IMG/VR virus record: IMGVR_UViG_3300014911_000007
Coordinates: 1 to 55,129 of that record
Length of the DNA: 55,129 nucleotides
Strand: one strand, 5' to 3'
From: a virus
Taxonomy: Duplodnaviria > Caudoviricetes
Of the stretch, positions 20,877 to 30,905 are shown in pieces. The notes beneath the pieces are model-generated. The model was given only the letters and a program-made list of their open reading frames with translations. It made no database searches and was not told where the DNA came from. The translations under genes and the position numbers were made by a program. Positions within the stretch are counted from its first letter, which is position 1, and every line of letters starts with the position of its first letter.

Positions 20877-22016
20877 ATGGCAGAACCTACTTATACACGT
20901 AAAGAACTACGGCGGGCAATCTGCGCTGAGGCGCGGATGGAGTTCTATAAGCGATATCCTGATTACGAACTCACCCCGGATTCTGACTGCTCTACTACCA
21001 CACTCAAATGTAGCAAGCTGGTTCAAGCGGCGAATAGCTGGAAGTCCAGCTACATTTGGGTTATGTCTACGGATAACGCCCGAGACGGCCTCGAACGTTA
21101 CATTACGGCCTCTGGAACGGATGGAAGCCTGACGCTCGAATGGCCCTGTGACACCGATCAAGTTCCAAGTACGGATGATACATTCGAGATTATCTCTATG
21201 TGGCCGCCATCCTTTATCCACGAGAAAATCAACGATGTAGTCCGCGACGAGTTTCGTGTCTATCCAAATGTAGTGACGGATGAGTCTATTGTTATTCAGG
21301 AAGAGAAGCTGGAATATGATCTGACGGGCCTTGTACCGTTGCCGTGGCAAATCCTACAGGTCTATGTCGAGCGCACGACTTCTGGGCTATATGGGACCAT
21401 CACGTCCTGGAGCACAGACGGCTCCCAGTTTGGCGACACGACTATGGACCTGAGCGGCATAGATACTGACTGGAAAGCGTCCTTCTACTACGGGAGCGGG
21501 GCCGGGCAGCTATTCTCAATACAGTCTGTAGATACGGCAACGAGTCTAATCACGCCCGCTGCTCCGGCTACGGACATGCCCGGCACCGACACCAAGCTCA
21601 TGCTTTGGGATCCGACGGACCAGGACTTGGCGTGGTATCCGTACCTGTATTGCCGCTTTGATCAGACGGAGTTCCCGGACAAGCTCTACCTCTATGAGGA
21701 CCCGTCCGCCTCTTACGGCCTGCGGCTCAGGCTGGTCTACCTAGCGCAGAGTACCGAGATGGAGGCGGATAGTGACGTGACTACGGTCCCGAAGTACTTC
21801 GTTGTCCACAAGGTGCTGGCGATGTTACATGACTCGCTGGCGGAAGACAACCGCGCCGACCACCGGCATCACACTACTACGGCTGAAAAGCACGACCAGT
21901 TAGCGCGGGACTTCGCCGCACGGAACCCACGACGCATTCCACAGCGGTTCTTATGGCAGGAGCCTAGGAGCTACGCAACTGGACGGGCGCTACAAATCAA
22001 CCCATTGGATTGGTAG
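20877..22016 (+). CDS. Head-tail adaptor / tail tubular protein A-like
   Basis: TRKELRRAI N-terminus and VPKYFVVHKVLA helix; position before the nozzle-sized gene. Confidence 0.6.
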   Translation: MAEPTYTRKELRRAICAEARMEFYKRYPDYELTPDSDCSTTTLKCSKLVQAANSWKSSYIWVMSTDNARDGLERYITASGTDGSLTLEWPCDTDQVPSTDDTFEIISMWPPSFIHEKINDVVRDEFRVYPNVVTDESIVIQEEKLEYDLTGLVPLPWQILQVYVERTTSGLYGTITSWSTDGSQFGDTTMDLSGIDTDWKASFYYGSGAGQLFSIQSVDTATSLITPAAPATDMPGTDTKLMLWDPTDQDLAWYPYLYCRFDQTEFPDKLYLYEDPSASYGLRLRLVYLAQSTEMEADSDVTTVPKYFVVHKVLAMLHDSLAEDNRADHRHHTTTAEKHDQLARDFAARNPRRIPQRFLWQEPRSYATGRALQINPLDW

Positions 22017-22024
22017 GGTAGATA

Positions 22025-23893
22025 ATGGATTTTGGGCACGTCAAAATCAATGGCTTAGCATATCCGATTGACTTACGGTCTTACCGTGTGAGGGACATCA
22101 CCGACTTCAGTCCGCGTACTGCCGAGGCCGGAAACCCAGTCTACGCCGAACTGGGACTATATCAAACCCTGTCCTTTGATAACTGGCAGGGCGGGTTTGG
22201 TACGCCTTGGCATACCGCTGAGCGGACCAACGTCTATATGCGCACCGATGGGCAGGTGGATACTCGTCATTACGGTATCGCTATGCTTATGACGAAGCCT
22301 ACCAAGTCTTCCTCAGATATCCGGGCGGATGGGTTCTTAGAGTTCGGCGGAGATTTCTACGCCTATAGCTCAGACGGCGTTGCTAAATTCAACGGCACGT
22401 CATGGTCCGTTGTATCTACCGATGATGTTGTAGACCTATGGCACAATGGCTACTATATCTTCGCTGCACGCCGAAACGATACGCTTATCTACGCGTCCTC
22501 TTCATGCGCCGCATCTAGCGACTGGACCGAAACCGGAGGCTCTACAGACCAAAAGGGCTTTAAGTGGATTCAACACCACGATGGCTACGTCTATGCTGGG
22601 CAGTTCTCCGGCCCCGACGGGTCTAGCGGCCATTACGTCTCCTACGACGACAGTATTGACCTAAGCGATATCTACACTGTCTCGTCTGACGACCCGCAGA
22701 TTATTCCAGTCGGCGTGAACGGTATGGAGACGAAGAAAGGCATCAGCTTCAGGGGCGACTTCCTTATCCCTCGACCGGATGGTATTTATCGCGTCGATAA
22801 AGACCGCAGTGCGGCCCGTCGTGTCTTGAACTATGCCGACCAAACCTCGACGGATAACTTCAGGTCCTACGCCGAGTTCAACGGCCAGCTAGTCTATCCA
22901 GTAAGGGACGTACTTCTACAATGGAATGGCTCACGAGAGGTCCCAATCAGCGTCCCATACCTAACAGATACTTGGCCTTACGTGAGCTATGGGCGATACG
23001 ACAATCTTGTTCGAGTTGGGCGGTTCCTGTTCCTAACAGCCCGCACTAACGAGACGCCGTACGAGGAGCATATCCTGTGTTGGGACAACGTTGGTTGGCA
23101 TAAGATGGCGGAGCCTGTCACCGATGGAGCTTCGACCATCATTGCTATGGGTTACGACACAACGAACAATCGGCTGTGGTACTGTGTAGAGGATGGCTCG
23201 GGTGATTGTGAAATCTATTACATTCCCCTCCAAGACAACTCCGAGTTCCCATATCCTGACTTCCCAACGACTGGTACCCACAGTCTCATCTTCCCGCGCA
23301 TTGCCGCAGGATTTCGGCAAATCACCAAGTCGTCTCCGGGCTTTCTAATCCGGGCAAGCAACTGCGACACCGACTCCTATCTGAAAATCTACTACGCGCT
23401 AGACGGCGGGGGCTGGACGGCATGGGGTGGAAATGACGGCGTGTCGAATGTGATGTCCTCAGATGGAGTCAAGGCGTTCACTAATCCATTGGGATCTACC
23501 GGCGGACACTCAACGATTGAGTACAAATATATCCAGTTCCGGATCGACTTCGTTACCAATGTTTCTACCGGCACGCCGGTCCTGGAGGGCTTCTATCCTC
23601 GATTGCTTCTACGACCCGAAACCCTACTCGGTTGGTCCATACAAATCCCCGTAGCCAAGGATAAGCAGTACGGGACCATGAAGCTAGAGCGGTCGCCAAA
23701 GGAGGCTATTGATGCTCTCAAAGCGGCCCGCGATAGCAAGGCCCCGGTTGACTTCGTAGATATCTGGGGCGACACTTACAAAGTCTACGTTACAGCAGTT
23801 GAGGAGCAGGCAGTCGAGGAGCATATCGACAGGGAAGGCCCGTACTCGGATATTGAATTCGTAGCGAGAATCAATCTCGTACAGGTAGGCTAA
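22025..23893 (+). CDS. Tail nozzle / tubular protein B-like (beta-propeller)
   Basis: 622 aa, beta-rich repeats (FGGDFY, HDGYVY, FNGQLVY), DNWQGGFG and YIQFRIDF motifs. Confidence 0.6.
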   Translation: MDFGHVKINGLAYPIDLRSYRVRDITDFSPRTAEAGNPVYAELGLYQTLSFDNWQGGFGTPWHTAERTNVYMRTDGQVDTRHYGIAMLMTKPTKSSSDIRADGFLEFGGDFYAYSSDGVAKFNGTSWSVVSTDDVVDLWHNGYYIFAARRNDTLIYASSSCAASSDWTETGGSTDQKGFKWIQHHDGYVYAGQFSGPDGSSGHYVSYDDSIDLSDIYTVSSDDPQIIPVGVNGMETKKGISFRGDFLIPRPDGIYRVDKDRSAARRVLNYADQTSTDNFRSYAEFNGQLVYPVRDVLLQWNGSREVPISVPYLTDTWPYVSYGRYDNLVRVGRFLFLTARTNETPYEEHILCWDNVGWHKMAEPVTDGASTIIAMGYDTTNNRLWYCVEDGSGDCEIYYIPLQDNSEFPYPDFPTTGTHSLIFPRIAAGFRQITKSSPGFLIRASNCDTDSYLKIYYALDGGGWTAWGGNDGVSNVMSSDGVKAFTNPLGSTGGHSTIEYKYIQFRIDFVTNVSTGTPVLEGFYPRLLLRPETLLGWSIQIPVAKDKQYGTMKLERSPKEAIDALKAARDSKAPVDFVDIWGDTYKVYVTAVEEQAVEEHIDREGPYSDIEFVARINLVQVG

Positions 23894-24594
23894 TGGGTGT
23901 TAGACCTGGAACCGGTAAGCGATATCAACGACTGACGCCGAGGGAGGGCATTCGGCCCGACTCTCGTGTCCGGCGCATTCGCATTCCGCAGCCAGAGAAG
24001 CGTCCGATAAGGCTTACTACCAGGGACGTAATCCGCCAGGAACTTCTTGAAGAGGACCCATGGTGGTTCGTAACCCACCGCCGCGGCGTCAGGCGACCGT
24101 GGGTTGGTCTAGACCCACTTGAAGCGCGGGCGGTCAGCGAGAAGTCAGTACGAGGCTACCTGCGAGAACGCATTGTTTACAAGTGGCTATTGGTGGCTGG
24201 GTTCCGAGAGGGGGTGGACTTCGATTTCCAGTCAAGTCAAGAGGGCGGGCGGATGGAACTAGGCGGTCTGGTCGTAGACTTCTTGTTCCCTAACCTGAAA
24301 ATTGCCCTTAGTGTCGAAGGGCCTCAGCACGAGAACCTCCTACGAGCACGGAAGGACGAGGAACAACGATCCATCCTTGCAGACATGGGCTACACCTACT
24401 ATAGCCTACCGACTTATATCGTCGATAACGCGTCAGAGTTTGACATCTGGATGCGGCGGGTGTTCTTCAAGTATTCGCCCACGCCTACCAGGGTCCAAGT
24501 CATGGCATTGTACGACGCGCCGGACTTATCGATCTGGGCCGAAATTCTCGACCGGCTTAATACTATGACTGAAATTGTGAGGTCTATAGGATAG
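23893..24594 (+). CDS. DUF559/Vsr-like PD-(D/E)XK-fold protein
   Basis: VVDFLFPNLKIALSVEGPQH...KDEEQRSILADMGY. Confidence 0.6.
   Translation: MGVRPGTGKRYQRLTPREGIRPDSRVRRIRIPQPEKRPIRLTTRDVIRQELLEEDPWWFVTHRRGVRRPWVGLDPLEARAVSEKSVRGYLRERIVYKWLLVAGFREGVDFDFQSSQEGGRMELGGLVVDFLFPNLKIALSVEGPQHENLLRARKDEEQRSILADMGYTYYSLPTYIVDNASEFDIWMRRVFFKYSPTPTRVQVMALYDAPDLSIWAEILDRLNTMTEIVRSIG
24006..24018. repeat. AGTAA-N3-TTACT palindrome, degenerate
   Basis: GATAAGGCTTACT (11 of 13 match). Confidence 0.55.
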
Positions 24595-24595
24595 A

Positions 24596-27500
24596 ATGAC
24601 AACTCCAACGCCCGATGAAATCCTCCAAGCAGTAGTCGAACTCCAGCGAGAGGTGGAGGATTTGCCGCGCCGTCTAATTATGGCGGGCGATCAGATCATC
24701 GTTGTAGGTGGCCTCTCTGACATTAGCGAAAATCTCGGCCTGATGTCGGCGGGGGAATTGCGCATCGGAGAAGGCGTACCAGGTAAGGGTGATGGCTTCA
24801 CCGGGTTGCGGATCGCCTATCCCGCCTTATCCTACAACAACGAAGACTGGCATCTAGCTGGATTGAACGCCGATGCTCTTCAAGTTGGTATCCGTGCTAC
24901 GGACGGTAAGTTACTAGCAGGTGGAGGGGCAGTCATCTTAGACGAGACGGGGATTACCGCTACCGCTGGAGTCATTGGCGGCTGGACAATTGGTACCGAT
25001 ACTCTTACTGCCGGGACTACCAACATCGTTCTCGACTCGTCCAATAAGAGCATCAGCATTAATGACGGCACGTTCGGGAATAAGGGCATCCAGCTAGAGT
25101 ACAACTCCGGTACGCCGCGCCTCTACGTAGGCGATGGGGCCAATGCTTATCTACAGTTCGACGGGACTAAGCTCACTTGGAAGGCCGCCAACACCGAGCT
25201 AGATTCGTCTGGTAATCTGACCGCCTCATCTGCCACAATCAGCGGCACAATTACAGCATCCGCGGGCGCAATCGGCGGGTGGGATATCAACGCCACCGCT
25301 ATCGAGAAGCTGTCGTCCGATATCGGCATCATCCTCAACAGCGCCACGCCATCTATTCAGGTGGGCGACACCTCCAGCACACATATCGTTATTGACGGCG
25401 CTAACAAATACATCCAATCATCCAACTTCTCGGCGGGCGCGAGCGGGTTCAGAATTGAGGCCGACACAGGCAACGCAGAGTTCAACTACATTACAGCACG
25501 CGGAGCCGTCCGCACCGCCGTATTCATCAAGGACCATATCTCCGCAGTAAGCGGGAACTTCCTCGTCCTGGACAGCGATGTATTAGCGGTTGATATGACC
25601 GCCGCCGACAACTCTACCCTTACCATCGAAGGTAATACCACCTTTGCTGTAGGTGATATACTCCGTATCAAAGACGACACCGACGATGAGTGGCTAGAGG
25701 TCACGGATGTCACTAACGCCCCAACTTACACAGTCACGCGAGACAAGGCAGGATCCTACGCCGCCAACAGCAATCCGGCCTGGAAGAGGGGCGCTACTGT
25801 AGTCAACTACACTCAATCAGGCGGCGGTGGCGTTCGGCTTATCAGCGGGACCAATCCATCTCTATCTGTGTTCACTCATGCAGGGTCGCCGTGGTCCGAG
25901 ATTACTGAGCACGTGCGGCTAGAAGAAACCATCTCCAAATTCGGGGCCGACGTGTCGTCTGCTGCTACTACGGCCCTCGCTATTATTCACTCCGCTCAAA
26001 CCTACAACTCTGAATCGCTTGGCGCTGGCGACCTGCTTATTGGGGACAACTCCACCAACAAGGCCAACATCTTGTGGGACGCAAGCGAGGGGAAACTCCT
26101 GTTCCGAGGCGCAACAGCCGCCCAATTAGAATTGTCCGCCGGTGGTCGGTTAAAGGGCGGCTTAGATGCCATATATGGTCAGGCCGAAACGTGGATTGAC
26201 AAAACCGGTCTGCGGCTCTTCAAAGGATGGGGAACCGTTCGGGCACAAATTCCATATCATACGTCCGCCCAAACTGCATATAATCGTACTGGATTTCATG
26301 CGGCCAGTGGAACATCGTTCAACATCCTTACTACCTGCCCAACCTATGAGAACATAGTTATCTTCTATGCATTTGTATTGGACGGCGGCGCAGAAATCAC
26401 CAGTATTACCGGTTATAGAGACAACCCGCTTACGCGCGTTCGTCGAGACGCTATCGCTGGTGGCATATGCACAGAAATATGGTATGATGTAGTAGGCGAC
26501 TTTACAACACCTTCTCAATGGAATATTACGGTCACGCTGAATCAAGCCGCAAATGTCGTATACTACTATCAGCCTTATCATTCGGTTGACCAAACAACAC
26601 CCGTGTTGGACCACAGCGGAGGGACGGCAACTTCTGCAACATCAATCTCTTACATTCACACTACGTCCGAGAACGGACACCACGGGTTCTCGGTTGCTGG
26701 GACAGACACTCCAGGAAAAAAGATTCGATACGGTACACTAAACCGCACTGTGGATTCAAACTACCCGGATAACTCTGTCCTATCCACCGGCCTAAATTTG
26801 GATGAAGAGCTATCTAGTAACCCTACAGTTACGTTTTTGACCAGCGATTCAAGTGCCGTTGATTGGGCCAGTTCAACGATTACACCAAACCCGATACCGA
26901 ATCCTCTAAACCTAACGATTCACGCCGGTCGTAGTGCACTGCGAATATCTAACAATCATGCGATTGTATGGGGCCATGCCTGGATGGACGCCGCACGCAT
27001 TTGGGGTAATGTCGGTAACGATGGTAGTGGACATCTAGCCATAGACGTATTTATGGCAGATAACGTTTCCACTAGCGGTGGTGCTGTTAGCCCTGCCAAT
27101 TCAACGTTCACAATTACAACGCACGGCCTTGACGGGAGTCCCACCCTCAAACTGTATGGCTATGACAGCAACTATCCAACACTCCTACAATTTAAAAACT
27201 CCGTTGGACGTACCCATCTGACTATTACCGAGGGCGAGGTAATTGTCAATGAGGACGGACTGAATGGCGGCTTTCGAGTCGCTGGTTCCGCTGACATTGG
27301 CGACCATCTCTTCCAAGTTACTACAAGCAGAGTCAATATTGGCGACAGTACGGCAGGAACCATTGCCGCGTTCTCCATTGCAGGAATTGTATTCAATGAA
27401 AACGGCTTAGACCGGGATTTTCGCGTCGAGGGCGACACCGAGCCAAATCTACTATTCGTGGACGCGGGGAACGACCGGATTGGAATCAAGACGGCGACGC

Positions 27501-29575
27501 CCGGCTCAGACATGGATGTGGACGGGATTATCTTCGCTAACACGCCGATATCCACTTCGGATTTACGATCCGTAGTCAATAGGGAATATGTAGATCTAGC
27601 AGTCACTTCGCTCGGCGCGTCCTTCTATCTGTACGACGAGGACGACGCCACTGGATACAAGATATGCTACCTTGACCCGTCGGGAGACGCCGAGGCGTGC
27701 ATTGAAGTCGCTAACCTTGACGATAACGACTACATTGCGGGCTGGATTTCGGCACCGAGCCAGACGCCGGATAAGCTCCTAAAGGGCATTTTCAGCTTCT
27801 ACGTCACAATGAGTAAGTTAGCCGGCAACAAAACATTGCGGGTCTATTGGAAGCTATTCGAGCGCAAGTTGGACACCTCCGAGGTCGAAATAGCTACATC
27901 TGCGGCTTCTAACGAGATTACATCCCCGGCGGCTTACATTATCCCCCTCCAGCTAGATAGCGACTACCTCCGAGACACCGGCAGCCGGATAGTCGGGAAG
28001 CTCTATGCGGACGTATCGGGTAGCGGCAATGCACCCACCATACGGATTTGCTACCAGGGCAACACACTAAGCAGGTGGGAAATTCCCGCGAACAGCGAGA
28101 TATTCAAGAACATCTTTGTGCCTTACAGCGGGGCTGTGCAGGATGTGGACCTTGGGGCGCATTCACTTACTGCCGCCGGGCTAACGCTAACTGGCAACAT
28201 CACAATGCCCGACGGCGGGACTATCGGGCAGGCCGCGGGGCCATTGCTGACATTCGATGATACCAATGATTACTTGGAGATTACAGGCTGTTCTGTTGGC
28301 ATTGGGACAGCGACGCCCGGAGCGGATTTGGAAGTCAATGGGACTATCGCCGCCCCTGGTGTCCCATTCGGCGTAGCCGCCCACCACTACAAGCTCCTCT
28401 GTCGCTTCGATACCAGCACTACCGACTTCTTCGGAACCACGCCCTCAACTGCCACCGGTGGCATCATCTTCCCCACGCACATCACGCCGCAGGTGGGGGC
28501 GGGCGCGGTACAGTTGGCCGAGGCGACGACGAACTACTGCACGAATCCCTCTGCCGAGACGAATACGAGCGGTTGGTCAGCGACAAGGGTGGCTTTTGAA
28601 CGCTCGTCTGACCGCGCTTATATTGGGTCATATTCGTTCAAGCTAACAGGAGATAACAACGGCAACACTGATGCCTTTATAGCAATGTATCCCTCTGGCT
28701 GGAGCGCCGGCGGATATATCACAGCCCAAGCGAGGATTTGGATCCCGTCAGTTTGGACGCCACCCCACGGCCGCGGCCTGAAAATCGTCATCTTTGATTA
28801 CAACGGCTCAACATACGAAGAGATTGGGTCTCCTCAATGTCAAACTGCTGGCGAATGGGTGTTCTTGACAGTTACGAAGCAAATCCGCGCCGACGCCACA
28901 CAGGTCTTTGTGCGCTTATATCTCGGCGACGACGACCCCACCAAATACTGCTATTGGGATGCCATACAATTTGAGTATAAACAGTATCCCACCCCCTACT
29001 GCGACGGCTCCCTCGGCGACGGCCACTCCTGGAGCGGCACGCCGCACGCCAGCACGAGCAGCCGGACGGCGACGGAACTAGAGTACAATGCGGACACCGC
29101 GGGCATCTCAGAGACGGAGGGTAGCTTCGCGGCGTGGGTGATGCTGCCGTACACGCCGGGCGACCCCGGCGACAACGACATGATATTCGCTTGGTGGGAT
29201 GCTTGGAATACGGAATCGCTCTACCTCAATATCACCACTACCGGCCTTCTGTCTTTCTCATCATTCGCCGGAAGTGTCAGTCAAGGCAGCATCTACCACG
29301 ACATCACCGACTGGCAACCATTTGAGTGGCATCATGTTGTCTGTATCTGGAAGGAAAACGACCGCCGCCTATATGTTGATGGGGTATTAGAAGGAACCGA
29401 TACCGATTGGACTCCGCCGTCCATCGCGGACACACAATTTGTACTTGGAGCAGACACCGATGGTGGCAATCACGCCAATCTATGGATAGACGACGTAGTA
29501 GTGCTAGACCGCGCGCTGACGGATGAGGAAGCGTATGCTCTCTACAAGAGCGGGGTGCCGATGTACGCAGGCTAG
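24596..29575 (+). CDS. Tail fibre / receptor-binding protein with carbohydrate-binding and C-terminal LamG domains
   Basis: Gly/Thr/Ser-rich; IGGW repeats; GIxTATPG repeats; NPSAET...W CBM-like module; WHHVV...LYVDG...IDDVVVLDRALT LamG signature. Confidence 0.85.
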   Translation: MTTPTPDEILQAVVELQREVEDLPRRLIMAGDQIIVVGGLSDISENLGLMSAGELRIGEGVPGKGDGFTGLRIAYPALSYNNEDWHLAGLNADALQVGIRATDGKLLAGGGAVILDETGITATAGVIGGWTIGTDTLTAGTTNIVLDSSNKSISINDGTFGNKGIQLEYNSGTPRLYVGDGANAYLQFDGTKLTWKAANTELDSSGNLTASSATISGTITASAGAIGGWDINATAIEKLSSDIGIILNSATPSIQVGDTSSTHIVIDGANKYIQSSNFSAGASGFRIEADTGNAEFNYITARGAVRTAVFIKDHISAVSGNFLVLDSDVLAVDMTAADNSTLTIEGNTTFAVGDILRIKDDTDDEWLEVTDVTNAPTYTVTRDKAGSYAANSNPAWKRGATVVNYTQSGGGGVRLISGTNPSLSVFTHAGSPWSEITEHVRLEETISKFGADVSSAATTALAIIHSAQTYNSESLGAGDLLIGDNSTNKANILWDASEGKLLFRGATAAQLELSAGGRLKGGLDAIYGQAETWIDKTGLRLFKGWGTVRAQIPYHTSAQTAYNRTGFHAASGTSFNILTTCPTYENIVIFYAFVLDGGAEITSITGYRDNPLTRVRRDAIAGGICTEIWYDVVGDFTTPSQWNITVTLNQAANVVYYYQPYHSVDQTTPVLDHSGGTATSATSISYIHTTSENGHHGFSVAGTDTPGKKIRYGTLNRTVDSNYPDNSVLSTGLNLDEELSSNPTVTFLTSDSSAVDWASSTITPNPIPNPLNLTIHAGRSALRISNNHAIVWGHAWMDAARIWGNVGNDGSGHLAIDVFMADNVSTSGGAVSPANSTFTITTHGLDGSPTLKLYGYDSNYPTLLQFKNSVGRTHLTITEGEVIVNEDGLNGGFRVAGSADIGDHLFQVTTSRVNIGDSTAGTIAAFSIAGIVFNENGLDRDFRVEGDTEPNLLFVDAGNDRIGIKTATPGSDMDVDGIIFANTPISTSDLRSVVNREYVDLAVTSLGASFYLYDEDDATGYKICYLDPSGDAEACIEVANLDDNDYIAGWISAPSQTPDKLLKGIFSFYVTMSKLAGNKTLRVYWKLFERKLDTSEVEIATSAASNEITSPAAYIIPLQLDSDYLRDTGSRIVGKLYADVSGSGNAPTIRICYQGNTLSRWEIPANSEIFKNIFVPYSGAVQDVDLGAHSLTAAGLTLTGNITMPDGGTIGQAAGPLLTFDDTNDYLEITGCSVGIGTATPGADLEVNGTIAAPGVPFGVAAHHYKLLCRFDTSTTDFFGTTPSTATGGIIFPTHITPQVGAGAVQLAEATTNYCTNPSAETNTSGWSATRVAFERSSDRAYIGSYSFKLTGDNNGNTDAFIAMYPSGWSAGGYITAQARIWIPSVWTPPHGRGLKIVIFDYNGSTYEEIGSPQCQTAGEWVFLTVTKQIRADATQVFVRLYLGDDDPTKYCYWDAIQFEYKQYPTPYCDGSLGDGHSWSGTPHASTSSRTATELEYNADTAGISETEGSFAAWVMLPYTPGDPGDNDMIFAWWDAWNTESLYLNITTTGLLSFSSFAGSVSQGSIYHDITDWQPFEWHHVVCIWKENDRRLYVDGVLEGTDTDWTPPSIADTQFVLGADTDGGNHANLWIDDVVVLDRALTDEEAYALYKSGVPMYAG

Positions 29576-29577
29576 AC

Positions 29578-29606
29578 TTGAAACGTAACATGGCCTATAG
29601 TATAAT
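29578..29606 (+). promoter_or_regulatory. Promoter of the lysis cassette (probably a leaderless transcript)
   Basis: TTGAAA-17-TATAAT; ATG at 29613, 7 nt after the -10, with no SD. Confidence 0.75.
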
Positions 29607-29612
29607 AGACAA

Positions 29613-29966
29613 ATGGAAAAGCGAAACCGATTTGAAGACTGGAAAAGGAGGGCACGTATGTTCTACAAAGCAGATCGTGTAGTAATTGGATGGCTTCTCA
29701 CTACCGTCCAGGGCGTCAACCGGACCGACGCCCGAATCGTGGCGAAATTGCGAAGCGCCTTTGATATCGAAAACCTCGATACTGTCAAGAATAAAGAGGC
29801 ACGAGATGAATATGAGGCTGAGGTTAGTGACTTGGAGCTTCGCTGGGTCCTGGACATCATTGACAAGCGGTTCGACGAGAGCGCCGTGCCGACAAATCTA
29901 GCCGCTTACGTGCTGGACTTCGAAGAGCGAGCTAAGAAGATGCTGGAGGCTTCAAAGGATAAATAA
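29613..29966 (+). CDS. Hypothetical protein (possible fibre chaperone)
   Basis: 117 aa between the fibre and lysin genes. Confidence 0.6.
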   Translation: MEKRNRFEDWKRRARMFYKADRVVIGWLLTTVQGVNRTDARIVAKLRSAFDIENLDTVKNKEARDEYEAEVSDLELRWVLDIIDKRFDESAVPTNLAAYVLDFEERAKKMLEASKDK

Positions 29967-30700
29967 TGACGGCTTATCTGCTTGGCGGGGATTCATCGCA
30001 TTGGAATATCGACTACATTCGGCATCACCTACGGGACCTGTGGGACCAGGGATATCGCTATCTCTACATCAAAGTGACGGATGGCGATGTCTGGGAAGAC
30101 CCCGAATGGCAAAACATCTACAGGATCGCCAAGCGCATTGGGTTCAAGGTTGGCCCATACCACTACTTCCATCCCACGAAGAATGGCATTCGTCAAGCGG
30201 CGTGGTTCTATAACTGCGCCATGGACCAAACCTGGGACTGTCCGCCCGCACTAGACGTTGAGGAACCAAATGTTATCGAGACGGTTCCAAGCAAGCCAAT
30301 CTACGGCGCGCGGGTGAAGGCATGTTTGCAGGAGATCGAAGAGCTATTTGGGAAGCGGCCTATTGTCTACACCAGCGCCTATAAGTGGAACACCTACGTC
30401 GATGTCTATGTTCCTAATGATCTGTGGGTAGCCCATTACACGACCCGCCCGGAGCCGCTTCTACCGCGGACGTGGCAGTCCGGGCGTGGTTGGACCTTCT
30501 GGCAGTATACCACCACACCTATTGACACGAATAGATTTCGGGGGGACTGGAACGAATTTCTCGGGTATATAGGGGAAGAGGAGGAAGAACCGACTCCCCA
30601 GCCGCCGTCCGATCTAGAGCAGCGGATAGAGAAGCTGGAGGCAGACACCAAAGCTATCAAGGAGTGGATTACCAGCTATGACCAGCGAGGAAGTCAATAG
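29966..30700 (+). CDS. Endolysin, GH25 muramidase
   Basis: GGDSSHWN, YIKVTDG, GPYHYF, ALDVE, PIVYTS, LWVAHY, WTFWQYT, DTN. Confidence 0.92.
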   Translation: MTAYLLGGDSSHWNIDYIRHHLRDLWDQGYRYLYIKVTDGDVWEDPEWQNIYRIAKRIGFKVGPYHYFHPTKNGIRQAAWFYNCAMDQTWDCPPALDVEEPNVIETVPSKPIYGARVKACLQEIEELFGKRPIVYTSAYKWNTYVDVYVPNDLWVAHYTTRPEPLLPRTWQSGRGWTFWQYTTTPIDTNRFRGDWNEFLGYIGEEEEEPTPQPPSDLEQRIEKLEADTKAIKEWITSYDQRGSQ

Positions 30701-30905
30701 AGCCATACTTGAAACCAACGTCGAATATCACGAAAACCGGATTTCTCGCATCGAGGAATCCATCATAACCCTGAACCACGAGATGGGCGAAGTGCAACGG
30801 TCCCTCGGTAAGATCGAGGGGCGCGTTGGTATGCTCGTTTGGTTGATGGGCGCAACCGGCTTAGTTATTCTGGCCGAGTTTATTCGCTCTCTTCTGGTTC
30901 GATAA
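30678..30905 (+). CDS. Holin/XhlA-like membrane protein
   Basis: Coiled coil plus one C-terminal hydrophobic segment; follows the lysin. Confidence 0.55.
   Translation: MTSEEVNRAILETNVEYHENRISRIEESIITLNHEMGEVQRSLGKIEGRVGMLVWLMGATGLVILAEFIRSLLVR

Noticed and set aside
24596-29575. Diversity-generating retroelement targeting the fibre
   Set aside because: No reverse transcriptase ORF and no template/variable repeat pair seen.
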